Below, in pieces: positions 12,536-24,484 of a stretch of 63,615 nucleotides of DNA. Under the pieces are notes generated by a model, which searched no databases, was not told the DNA's origin, and was given only the letters and a program-made list of their open reading frames with translations. Made by a program: the position numbers and the translations under genes. Source of the DNA: Octopus bimaculoides (taxonomy: Eukaryota); contig NC_068992.1 of assembly GCF_001194135.2 (NCBI RefSeq), positions 47,303,902-47,367,516 of the forward strand. Direction: 5' to 3'. The first letter of the stretch is position 1. The number at the start of each line of letters is the position of its first letter.

Positions 12536-14360
12536 TGCACAAATGCTCGCACACGCACATATACATATACACACACGCAAAGAGCAGGGATATTTTTGAT
12601 ACGACAAATACGGAGAGGCAGTTGTAAATGAAATCAGTGGCATATTGAGATAATTGAATTTAGAGGGTCTAATTCCATTTTGGAAAACATTGTATACATT
12701 ATCTTCGGTCATGAGCATGACAATAAAAAAAAATCTATTGGACAAAATATACATGTAAAGCTGTTGCATAATAGATAGATAGATAGATAGATATGTATGC
12801 ATCTCTGTATGTATATTTGTGCAAATTGGAGACTTAAACTGATTTACTGTAATAAGATTGCTCTCCTATCTATTATAGTTAAGAGATTAACTCCACGTAG
12901 GCTATATAGCCTTGACGATAAAACTAATATGTTATTATATTGTTATTATTATATTACATAATATCATTGAAAGATGGCTTTTGTCTTATAGAAATACGTG
13001 GTGATACTGCCTGAAAATCTTGAATTCGTAAATATTAAGTGTTATAGATATGATTTGCAATTCAGTTGCTGAAACTTGGACTAGTCAAATATTATTAACA
13101 ACTGTAATCGCTCTCTCTCTCTCTATCTCTCTCTTTCCACATACACACGCACACACATATCTGTATTTATGCTTCTATCTATTTATCNNNNNNNNNNNNN
13201 NNNNNNNNNNNNNNNNNNNNNNNNNNNNNNNNNNNNNNNNNNNNNNNNNNNNNNNNNNNNNNNNNNNNNNNNNNNNNNNNNNNNNNNNNNNNNNNNNNNN
13301 NNNNNNNNNNNNNNNNNNNNNNNNNNNNNNNNNNNNNNNNNNNNNNNNNNNNNNNNNNNNNNNNNNNNNNNNNNNNNNNNNNNNNNNNNNNNNNNNNNNN
13401 NNNNNNNNNNNNNNNNNNNNNNNNNNNNNNNNNNNNNNNNNNNNNNNNNNNNNNNNNNNNNNNNNNNNNNNNNNNNNNNNNNNNNNNNNNNNNNNNNNNN
13501 NNNNNNNNNNNNNNNNNNNNNNNNNNNNNNNNNNNNNNNNNNNNNNNNNNNNNNNNNNNNNNNNNNNNNTAAACAAGAGAGACAGAGACAGGCAAAAACA
13601 AGGAAAATGCATCTTGTATTTGAATACTATGCAAATATTCTTTTAAAAAACTTTTCTTTTAATTTTTCCAAAATTTCATTGTTTTCCATACTCACAGTTG
13701 AAAAAGTTCTCAGCGACTGAAGCCGGTACGGAAATGGTTTTTGTAAAATTATTTTAGCATATTCTATCTTGACTTTTTTTTTCCATATATACAAACATAC
13801 ATACATATGTATACATGGTAGTTATCAAATCGTAGATGTGTATGCCCATCGGCCACAAATTATCTTATCCTTGATGTTAAAGACAATGGCTGTCAGCCAT
13901 CAATGTCCGTACTATAATTTAGTCAACAGCAACTAGGACAACATCTTACGTGACTCACCTACAAAGCCAAGTAATCTAGAAATAAGCAGGAACAAGATAT
14001 CTAACTTTGCAAAGAGGTGGGTGATATTTCAGAATTTCCTTCTCTAAGAAATATATTTAAACTGAGACAAGATTTCTCTCACTCCCAGCTGTCGGATGGC
14101 CGTTGACTAAGGAAATCATCTCTCTTTTGATAGGCTTTGTTTTTCATCCTGCAGATTGTCTATGAAACATGCTTACTTAACATATGTAAACACGTACATT
14201 AAATTACTTATTGTCCAATACGTCAAGTGTTTTTGCAAATCTAGGTTGCGTATACATATACAAATATCATATATTAATAAAATCTAAGGTAATTAATTAT
14301 GATAATATACGAAACTCATGTTAGAGTATCAAGCGCCAATAACTAGCGAATTTGAATATG

Positions 14361-14445
14361 GAAATATAAGAAAATATTAAAGAAATCTCAGAACTGTATA
14401 GAAATATAAGAAGATATTAAAGAAATCAATTGATTTCTTTAATAT
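14361..14445. repeat. 27-bp direct duplication plus a perfect 32-bp palindrome
   Basis: 14361-14387 vs 14401-14427 are 26/27 identical; 14414-14445 ATATTAAAGAAATCAATTGATTTCTTTAATAT is its own reverse complement. Confidence 0.95.
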
Positions 14446-14830
14446 AAATTTGTTTCTAATTATTATTCATTAGTATATATTTAATTAAAATATTGTCTCC
14501 AAATTTAATTGCACAATTATTTCCTCACACCGAAAATCTCTAAAATCTGTGATAGTCACATTGGTTTATTTACTTATTTATTTATTTATTCATTTGTTTG
14601 GATAAATTGTGTGTGTGTGCGCGCGCGCGTATAGTTATAATAACGAAGTCGAACAAATGCAGAATTATCAAGATTCATCTTTACCATTTTTGCTGATCGA
14701 GAGAATAAGATATACAGCAAGTACTGGCCCCAGTTTCCATCGATTATACACTCCTAAGCTTCGAGGCTTTATTGTGCCTATTGTATAAATGGGTTTAGCT
14801 TAGTGTTTCCTTGGGGCTGGCCAGATTAGA

Positions 14831-14902
14831 GCAATCTCGAGTATAACCAGCCGAAATTGCAAAGATAATCTGAAACTCGACTGAAGAAAGAAAACTCCGA
14901 AT
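14831..14902 (+). ncRNA. Candidate non-circularly permuted hammerhead ribozyme
   Basis: GCAAUC^UCGAGU (14831-14842), CC-GAAAUUGC (14851-14860), ACUCGA-CUGAAGA (14875-14887). Helix I 6 bp and helix III 5 bp in exact register; helix II defective in this copy. Confidence 0.55.
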
Positions 14903-16343
14903 GACCCATCCTTGTTTTCTTTGCATCGTCTATCTGGATATTTTGTTGTCCCTTTTTTGTATCACCTAACTGTCTGGATGTCTTGCGTTTTTGTCCCATT
15001 GTATCTCTCTCTCCATATNNNNNNNNNNNNNNNNNNNNNNNNNNNNNNNNNNNNNNNNNNNNNNNNNNNNNNNNNNNNNNNNNNNNNNNNNNNNNNNNNN
15101 NNNNNNNNNNNNNNNNNNNNNNNNNNNNNNNNNNNNNNNNNNNNNNNNATATATATATATATATACAGGGTGAAGGGCTGATCACAAGTGGAATGCCTTT
15201 ATTCGTAAGCTATGGTGAGGGCTAACCTAAAGTTGACCGCTCTCAACGTCGAGAAAAAGAACAGGAGATTGTATCCGTTTGCTTGATTTGCTAGAAATTG
15301 CAGCCGAATTGAGCGCATATTACACCCTAGATCTATAATGAACGTGTTGAATAATGTAGTTTACAACTCACTATGCCTGAAAAAAAAATCATTAAATGGT
15401 TACCGATGGACCATAGATGAGATTTGTTTGACCTAATCTGTTTTGAAGTGAGTATTAAGAAGTACAACAACAACAAAAAAGAACAAGAAACAGAAGCGTC
15501 CTTTGTATTATTCAGACTAATGCATAGGCAGTGACCCTGACTTTTGTCTAACCCCTATTTGATGATTCCCTCCCCGACTGATTGTTTTTTCTGGTATTAT
15601 TATCATTGTAGACGTTATTGTCGTTGTTCTACATCGCCCCCAGGTGATCCCTGATCAAACAAACCCATTATCGCTTCGATGCTTTATGTTGCAAAGATCT
15701 GAAGAACGAAATTGAATTCTCTAAAATCATTAATTCTAAAAGCTGACCTTCCTTTATTTCTAATTCAAGATTCAAAGTATATTATATGTCCTTAAATTTA
15801 ATTTTTAGATATTACAAATATATTTTCGTTTTGCTACTTTTTCATATAAAGTCTAATTAATATTCACATTTACATTCTAATTCTAATTACAAAACTAATT
15901 AATTCTATAATTACCAGTCTTCCTCTCTCAGTCATCAATGCTACACACATGACCGATTTATCTAGGTCAGTTAATCGCAATAATAATAATAATAAATCTT
16001 TGTATTTTTTTAATAATGATAATAATTCGGTCAGTGTTCGGTGAGATTGTAATTCTGGTGTGATGTGGTGTAATGTGCAGTCAACCAAGAAATAAATACA
16101 AAACAACATACGCTCAGTGCATCGATGCATATAATGCATAGGTCAATATGAGATTTTAATTGTGCTTATGTGACTGGCGGGCTGAATGACTGCTGATGCT
16201 GCTGCTAATGTTACTGCTGCTGTTGCTGCTGCTGTGCTAATACTGACGCGGCTGTTTCTGTTGCTGTGGCTGATATCAAGAAACATTTTCTGCTTTTTTT
16301 TGTTATTGAAGAGAATTGCGGATTTTGATGTAAATGGTGATGA

Positions 16344-16378
<35 letters not shown>

Positions 16379-16669
16379 TCACCACCACCACCACCACAAT
16401 AGGCCAGATATCAGAACTGCTGCTGTAGTTGTCATTGTTCATTTTGGAAGCTATGCACAGATAGTTACACAGACACATAAACATGCATACATGTATGTAT
16501 GTATGTATACATATATATTTTAATCCCATTCACTATCTCGCTGTCTCTATCTCTATACTTTACTCACTCTCCTTCTTCTCTGTCTATATTTATATGGATG
16601 TGCAGAAAATGTATACCACTTAACTACTTAGTTCCGGATTCAGGATTCACCCCTAAGCATGGAACTTTT

Positions 16670-16714
<45 letters not shown>

Positions 16715-16853
16715 CAAAGAATATATATGCATGTATACACACATATATGTACATACTTACATCTACATGTGTATATAGATGCATATCAGGGTACAGGACG
16801 TTAGAACAATGAACTACAGACAACGGAACGAACACATAGGAAAACGAAAAGCC

Positions 16854-16920
16854 ACTTGGAATATTCCTTCATCAGCTGCCTGTATTCTAACCCGACGTTT
16901 CGAAGATAAGGCAGAACCTA
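16854..16920 (-). ncRNA. Candidate non-circularly permuted hammerhead ribozyme (second repeat family)
   Basis: Minus strand UAGGUU^CUGCCU-UAU-CUUC-GAAAC-...-AGGCAG-CUGAUGA-A-GGAA. Helix I 6 bp in register, helix III 2 bp then mismatch, helix II 3 bp. Confidence 0.5.
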
Positions 16921-17508
16921 CTCTAGAATAGTATCTTCCTGAGTAGTGGATCAACCCACTAAACAGAGGATTCCAAGGTGGCAAACACAAACCAAGACAG
17001 GAAAAATTGGACAGTGAAAACAACATTCAAAAGCCGTACGGCCAAACGCGAATCTGACGTAGAACGCTAGTAGTTCGTCTTGCCTTCACAGCGGCTGGGG
17101 TGAAAAGAAAGTTGACCACAGGTCACACATGAGCAGAGNNNNNNNNNNNNNNNNNNNNNNNNNNNNNNNNNNNNNNNNNNNNNNNNNNNNNNNNNNNNNN
17201 NNNNNNNNNNNNNNNNNNNNNNNNNNNNNNNNNNNNNNNNNNNNNNNNNNNNNNNNNNNNNNNNNNNNNNNNNNNNNNNNNNNNNNNNNNNNNNNNNNNN
17301 NNNNNNNNNNNNNNNNNNNNNNNNNNNNNNNNNNNNNNNNNNNNNNNNNNNNNNNNNNNNNNNNNNNNNNNNNNNNNNNNNNNNNNNNNNNNNNNNNNNN
17401 NNNNNNNNNNNNNNNNNNNNNNNNNNNNNNNNNNNNNNNNNNNNNNNNNNNNNNNNNNNNNNNNNNNNNNNNNNNNNNNNNNNNNNNNNNNNNNNNNNNN
17501 NNNNNNNN

Positions 17509-17553
<45 letters not shown>

Positions 17554-17834
17554 TGAGAAAGATGAGAGACCGATATTCTCAGTATAGAATACACTTCGTA
17601 GCGCTCAAGAGGATTAAACTTGAGCAGGTTGAGGAATATATATAAGCATAAGCAAGCTAGGCAAGTCGACGTTCAAAAACGTTAAATATTTTAATACAAA
17701 AAAAAAATAACATATATTTTGATTTTAATTACGGGGACGTATACACACCAACTCTGATTTTCAAGCGGTATGACGGAGGAATAATCACAGGCGCAAAGAT
17801 GCATACTTACATAACAAGTATATGCAGAAATAAT

Positions 17835-17965
17835 TGATGGGCTTCTTTCAGTTTCCGTCAACCAAATCCATTCAAACGACTTCGGTCGGACCGAAGCTAT
17901 AACAACTGACACTTTCTTAAGTTTCCACTGTGGTTGAGAAGCAAGTTTTTTACCAAACAGTCATA
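17835..17965 (-). mobile_element. SINE family A 5' half
   Basis: Reverse complement tggtaaaaaacttgcttctcaaccac...ggatttggttgacggaaactgaaagaagccc matches the head at 46431-46593. Confidence 0.65.
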
Positions 17966-18024
17966 TATATACGAAGACGTGTGTGTGTGTTTGCGCATGC
18001 GTGGTATGTTTTGCGTTTAATTGT

Positions 18025-18133
18025 CTTCCACCAACTCCAGACAAACGGTGTTGGTGTGCTTACGTCTCTGACGCCTAGCACTTCGACAAAACAGACAGTT
18101 ACTAGCTTTAAGACAAAGAATGTCCTGGGGTGA
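18025..18133 (+). mobile_element. SINE family A 3' fragment
   Basis: acaaacggtgttggtgtgcttacgtc...gaatgtcctgggg matches the reverse complement of 63262-63450. Confidence 0.6.
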
Positions 18134-18181
18134 GTATGTATGTATGTATGCATGCATGCATGCATGCATGTATATGTGTGT

Positions 18182-18226
<45 letters not shown>

Positions 18227-19554
18227 CACGCATCTGTATATAAATGTGTATATGCGTATGTGCACGCGTAAGTGTATGTAACTAACTCTCTCTCTCTTTC
18301 TCTCTCTCTTTCTCTGTCTCTCTCTCTAGATAGCTAGATAGATAGATAGAAAAAATGAGTGAGAGANNNNNNNNNNNNNNNNNNNNNNNNNNNNNNNNNN
18401 NNNNNNNNNNNNNNNNNNNNNNNNNNNNNNNNNNNNNNNNNNNNNNNNNNNNNNNNNNNNNNNNNNNNNNNNNNNNNNNNNNNNNNNNNNNNNNNNNNNN
18501 NNNNNNNNNNNNNNNNNNNNNNNNNNNNNNNNNNNNNNNNNNNNNNNNNNNNNNNNNNNNNNNNNNNNNNNNNNNNNNNNNNNNNNNNNNNNNNNNNNNN
18601 NNNNNNNNNNNNNNNNNNNNNNNNNNNNNNNNNNNNNNNNNNNNNNNNNNNNNNNNNNNNNNNNNNNNNNNNNNNNNNNNNNNNNNNNNNNNNNNNNNNN
18701 NNNNNNNNNNNNNNNNNNNNNNNNNNNNNNNNNNNNNNNNNNNNNNNNNNNNNNNNNNNNNNNNNNNNNNNNNNNNNNNNNNNNNNNNNNNNNNNNNNNN
18801 NNNNNNNNNNNNNNNNNNNNNNNNNNNNNNNNNNNNNNNNNNNNNNNNNNNNNNNNNNNNNNNNNNNNNNNNNNNNNNNNNNNNNNNNNNNNNNNNNNNN
18901 NNNNNNNNNNNNNNNNNNNNNNNNNNNNNNNNNNNNNNNNNNNNNNNNNNNNNNNNATATATATATATATATATATATACATGTATATATGACTATAACT
19001 GTGTGTATGAATACACACACACAACGCGTATTTTCACATACAGCCTATACAATTTTCCGTATGCATTGCTGAAGCGATGATTATTACACACAAATAGGTC
19101 AACGGAAATAACCAATACATGTAATGCCAAGAGCTCGCTATTCTCTGTGCCATCTAAGACGCACACAACTCAACCATCGACATTAAATAACTCTACACCG
19201 CCGCTCAATTCTTCCTGAAATACTTGTTTCTCTATTTAGTTCATCTATACCATGTGATTGACAATGTATTGATGAACGTATGTTTTTCTGTGTGCGTGTG
19301 TGTTATTGTTTCCGTTTGTGAACACCATAGTTACAGTAAGTATATGTAACTTTCAGCGGTTTAGACGAGGGTTATTTCAGTTGCTTCGTTAACTAAACTC
19401 CTTGCATACAATTTTTATGTACCTGTTATACAGAACACCATACCTGGTTACTTTCGATTAGTCATATTGTGGACAGTTATAATCAGCATTACTACCTCTT
19501 TCTGTTTTACATACACAAACACACAGTCACACACAGATACATATGTACATACAT

Positions 19555-19640
19555 ATTATTTCTGTTACTTGTTTCAGTCATTTGACTGGAGCCATGCTGG
19601 AGCACCGCTTTGATGGGTTTTATAGTCGAAGAAATCGATG
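19555..19640 (-). mobile_element. SINE family A 3' end
   Basis: ttacttgtttcagtcatttgactggagccatgctggagcaccgc...tagtcgaagaaatcga. Confidence 0.75.
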
Positions 19641-20388
19641 TATTGCGCGCGTGTGTGTGTGTGAGTGTGCGTGTCTATGTGTGTGTGCGCGGAGAGATAT
19701 TGATAGATAGCGATACAGAGAGACAGAAATGATGGACAGATAGATAAATACATAGATATCTTTAAGAGCATGGAATGTGTGATGTCTGCCTTTGTTTGGT
19801 GCGTGTTTGTGTGTGTAGTATGTGTGTGTGTGTGTGTTGGTGTGTGATGTATGTGTACTAAATGTGACCTAAATATGTTTACAGTTTTTCACCTGTGGGA
19901 TTTGAAGAAAATTTCTACTCATGCACGCGTCGTGTATATCTTTTAAAAAAAAATGAATTTTCTAATCTTAGCGGAATTATCTTGCTCACTACTTTAAATC
20001 CTAACACTCCCCGAGGGCGTATTGCCTATTAATTGCATGGATAATCTCAGTTAACCAATGTTTTCTATCTCGAAATATGACAGATGTGACCCTCTTTCTC
20101 ATCAATATTTACTACAGAAGATGCTCATTTAAGCCATATGTTTACGAAATATTTTCCTCGACCTTATTTTATCGTCTTAAAATTAATTTCGGTTTGAACT
20201 TGAACATGACATGAATAATACATTTTTGAACAATAACTTGGTCAGTCATCTTGTAAATATAAGACTGAAGAACTGCAGCCATCGGGAGACTTTTATTATA
20301 TCTGTTCAATTTTCAAAGTTGATTTTTCTCTATAGATTTTATATCCATTGAGTCCAGCCGTGATAACCACAATTATTTACAATAGATA

Positions 20389-20426
<38 letters not shown>

Positions 20427-20436
20427 NNNNNNNNNN

Positions 20437-20468
<32 letters not shown>

Positions 20469-22357
20469 CGCGTAGACATATATATACCGACATATATATA
20501 CCGATTAGAAAAACTTAATCGCTGAATTACGATGTCCTACCGCCGTCACCACCACCACTACTGTCACAAGTACGTCAATACCAACATCACCAGCATCACA
20601 CCAATACTAGCACCGTCACAATTCAAAGTCCGCCGAAATATATTATTTATATTGATTCGATATACCCCACTCTTTGAAATTCCTAGCTCGTACTCATTTT
20701 CTGTTTCATTGCCACAGATTTCATTATATGTTAAAATCCTTGCACATTTTCTGAAACAAATCAGAAACTTGTTCCCCGCCTCCATCTTCATCTCATCAAT
20801 TATTTACCTGGGAGTGACTAACCTCTTTGCAATATCTCCAACTATTCATATATTATCGGTTGTTAGCAACAGACTGGATGTAACTGAATCAAAATGCCAA
20901 CAACGAACTTAAATACTACCTTTCTTATAAGAAATTGTTATTTCTAATTGTAGAATCGCAAACACGAACAATAGAGATTTATCAATAATAATTAATATCT
21001 ATGTAGACATATCTCTGAAAAACTATGGCTTCTATCAACGGAATATATTCAATACTGACAATGTTTTTGTTACTTTTTTTTATTTTGAGATGTGATTGGA
21101 ATTTGCTAAAATAAAACAAAAAAGCATAACTTATTCTACGAACTTCTTTAGAAATTCTGTAGAAGCTTTTTGTTTACATCGACAAACAGCCCATTTTATA
21201 TGGAGTCCAGCGTCTCTGATTAGTTCTGAACAATGGGTATGAAATTTCAGTCTAAAATTGAATTTGCACTCTATTTTGTGCCTATGAATATTTTATGTTG
21301 TTACAATCAATAGTATTCTTCCAGTTCGAAGAATAAATGAATAAATAATATCTGTATTTGCAAGATGAGCGTATAAAAATATCAAATTATATAACGAACG
21401 AAAGATTGTTGGTTTCTCTTCAATAAGATGTCTTCCCTTGAGAGGAGCGTCTTTTAAAAGACGTGCTTGAAGAATATGTTCTTTTGAATGGCACTAAAAA
21501 TAATAGTGCTCTACATTCATTTTGTAATAAGAAGGCGTGAAGTGTTTCTTGTATTTACACAAGAGTTACAACCAACTTCAATTTTGAACTATTCCGGGTG
21601 ACCTCTAAGGTCATTAAATTGGTTGAACTCTTAACTATACACTTTCTAGAGTTATATTTTTATTTTAAATACCGTAACAGAGAACACGTCCAGACGAAAG
21701 TGGTAATTAAAGTTGATTCATTCTACTAGAGTCTAGACAATAACGAAGCTATGGAAACTACGTCATACACAAGTCAATAATATTACATTCTTCTTAGAAA
21801 TCATGGTTTTTGTTGTTTTTCGTTTGCTTTTTGCCTTTATTTGTTGCACTTCTCAATGAAACGTTGCAGTTTTGCTGCTGCAACTATTTACGATGTATTT
21901 GCAATACTGTTAAGCATGAAGTGCGTTTACAGAATCGTTAGATCGATTCAGATACGATTCGTTACGTAAAGATTTCTAATCTCCACGAAGTTAATTTTGC
22001 TGTCATCCATAACAATTAATGAATTAACTGCAAAACTGTGATCTCCATACAATCGACTATATCGTTCCTACTCTTAGAAACCAGTAACGTTACGCAATAT
22101 AGAAGATAGAATTGTGACATTTGCTGGTAAATCCCGGAAGAACGAATTACCTTGCGGTAAGTAATGAAACGTTCTCTTTAGTTTAGATTACACATGATTC
22201 CGAGTTTGAGTTTTACTTCCATGCTCCTAAGATACTCTAGTTGATTCAATCGGATATAAAGGTGAACTTCAGGCTACGTAGTGAATAAATATTATTATAT
22301 ATCCAGGTGATAGAATTTTCGCAGTATTTTTTTCATGTTAATATATTTAACTAATGT

Positions 22358-22572
22358 AAGGCGGCGTGCTGACACAATGGTTAACACTTCGGGCAAAGTG
22401 CTTAGTGGCATTTCATCTGTTCTTACGTTCTGAGTTCAACTTCTACCGGGATTCAGTCTACTTTTCATCCTCTCGAGGTTCATAAAATTAGTACTAGTAA
22501 AATACTGGGGTTGACGTAATCGACTTAAACACTTCCCCGTAAGTTCTGGCCCTGTGCCAATATTTGAAACCA
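22358..22572 (+). mobile_element. SINE family B, near full length, with decayed 17-bp TSD
   Basis: Head aaggcggcgtgctgacacaatgg, B-box-like gagttcaactt. Flanks atatatttaactaatgt (22341-22357) and atatatttacataattt (22573-22589) are 14/17 identical. Confidence 0.85.
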
Positions 22573-22589
22573 ATATATTTACATAATTT

Positions 22590-22700
22590 AGGAGGAAATT
22601 GACAGAATCGTTAGTACGCGGTGGGAAATGCTAAGTAGCATATTATCCATTTTTACGTTCTGAATTCAAATTTTACCAAAATTGTGCCAATATTTGTAAT
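22590..22700 (+). mobile_element. Internally deleted SINE family B copy in tandem
   Basis: gacagaatcgttagtacgc...ttacgttctgaattcaaatt jumps directly to the same 3' end tgtgccaatatttg seen in the upstream copy. Confidence 0.65.
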
Positions 22701-22891
22701 CAACATCATCATTGTTATCATTATTATCATTATTATTTTCATTAGCATCTTCTTTCAAATCTGTTTCCATTTCTTGCCGTGTGTCTTCTTCAAACCGATA
22801 GTAGCCTTAATTAAGAAATCTAGAAATTCTGTCCACCAATACGGAACCGAACACTCATTTTCTACGTTCGACATTTACGTGTATATGTATA

Positions 22892-22926
<35 letters not shown>

Positions 22927-22975
22927 NNNNNNNNNNTGTATACGCACATACATACGTACATACATATATACATGC

Positions 22976-23006
<31 letters not shown>

Positions 23007-23264
23007 CATACTTACAAAACGACCATGTTGTTGATGTTGGAATTCCAATGAAAGAACCTTGGATCTAGGTTAGAAACCGGCTCTTTCTCTATTAGCAAGG
23101 AATCTTGAAATAAAACTGAATAATGACATACATACGTACATACATGCATGCGTGCATACATGCATATCGATATCAATGATAAATCATAGTCAATGCTTCA
23201 TCTCTTGAGATATATATTAGAAACGTTAAACGTTAACAGATGTTTTTCTCCTTTTGATCGTTGT

Positions 23265-23300
23265 CTGATGACGTCAGGACAGAAATATGATCAGATCAAC
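23265..23300 (+). ncRNA. Degenerate type I hammerhead-like motif
   Basis: CUGAUGA-C-GUC-AG-GAC-A-GAAA-U-AUG-AUC; helix I imperfect. Confidence 0.3.
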
Positions 23301-23694
23301 ATGGTGATTTGACGCAGCTGTGACCTCATCAATATTATTAACAACTTTACATGCATACCAATTCTTAGTGTTGTATTGATTTCTTCAGTATATAAAATCA
23401 GATAAAGATATATATTTATTCATCACTAGCATTACACAACACAAGTTGTAGACTGTGATTATGAATTTGATCCTAGAAGGGAAATAAGCCCATAAAAAAT
23501 GATCAAAAATTAATCAGATGTTACACACCAACGCCTGGTTTCTTATAATATATTTCATCATAACTTAAAAAAACATTTTTCTCCTAAAATGGTTGATGTT
23601 TAACAAAAAACGATATTGATTTATAACTTGGTTATGGAACCAAATATATTGTGCGTAGAACAGACGAATAACCGGACCCTAATAATATTGTTAC

Positions 23695-23726
<32 letters not shown>

Positions 23727-23917
23727 ATATATGTGCGAGTTTTGGCTGTTATTTCAAGCAGGTAGATATGGTTAGTATGTCCTTTGATTAATTGTAATCC
23801 CTAGGCTATTTAAATGCTATTTTTTTAGCCTTCTGTCGCCTGTATCGTTGGTTCTGTTATTATCTTTCTTAAATTAGTGACATTGGATAATAATAGAATT
23901 AACGGTACCTTTCTAAA

Positions 23918-23956
<39 letters not shown>

Positions 23957-24399
23957 GAGAGAAAGGAGAACAGATAGACAGACAGACAGGCAAGCAGACA
24001 GGCAGGTAGGCAGACAGACAGACAGACAGATAGATAGATAGATAAATATATCGTGTGTTTACAGTGTGGACGACTACTACGTTGTGAGTTAAATGTCCCG
24101 TACATTATCATTATCCACCTAGTATGGGGGTTAGTATATCTCTGTACTCGTACTTAGCAGCGATACTATGCACGATATACTGATCACATGTAGGAGAAAA
24201 TCAAGATAAACACAAATTCAAAGTTATTAGTCCCTACGTACGTTTCACCATTGCAACTATTTGAATCTCAGCATTAGATTTTCCAAGTGCATTTGGATGC
24301 TTGAAGGCATTGGATTATCAGGGGAACACTAATTGTTTTCTGTTACTAATATCCAATACCTAAATATTAGATGTCTGTAATAGAAGGCAATAATATATG

Positions 24400-24418
<19 letters not shown>

Positions 24419-24482
<64 letters not shown>
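24419..24482. repeat. (GT)32 microsatellite, one of dozens of (TA)n/(CA)n/(GA)n/(CATA)n arrays in the window
   Basis: Direct reading. Confidence 0.95.

Positions 24483-24484
<2 letters not shown>

Noticed and set aside
14609-14630. (GT)n(GC)n tract, Z-DNA-prone
   Set aside because: Ordinary in a microsatellite-rich genome; nothing links it to function.
21599-21613. TGACCT-CTA-AGGTCA everted nuclear-receptor half sites
   Set aside because: Single short motif with no supporting context; compatible with chance.
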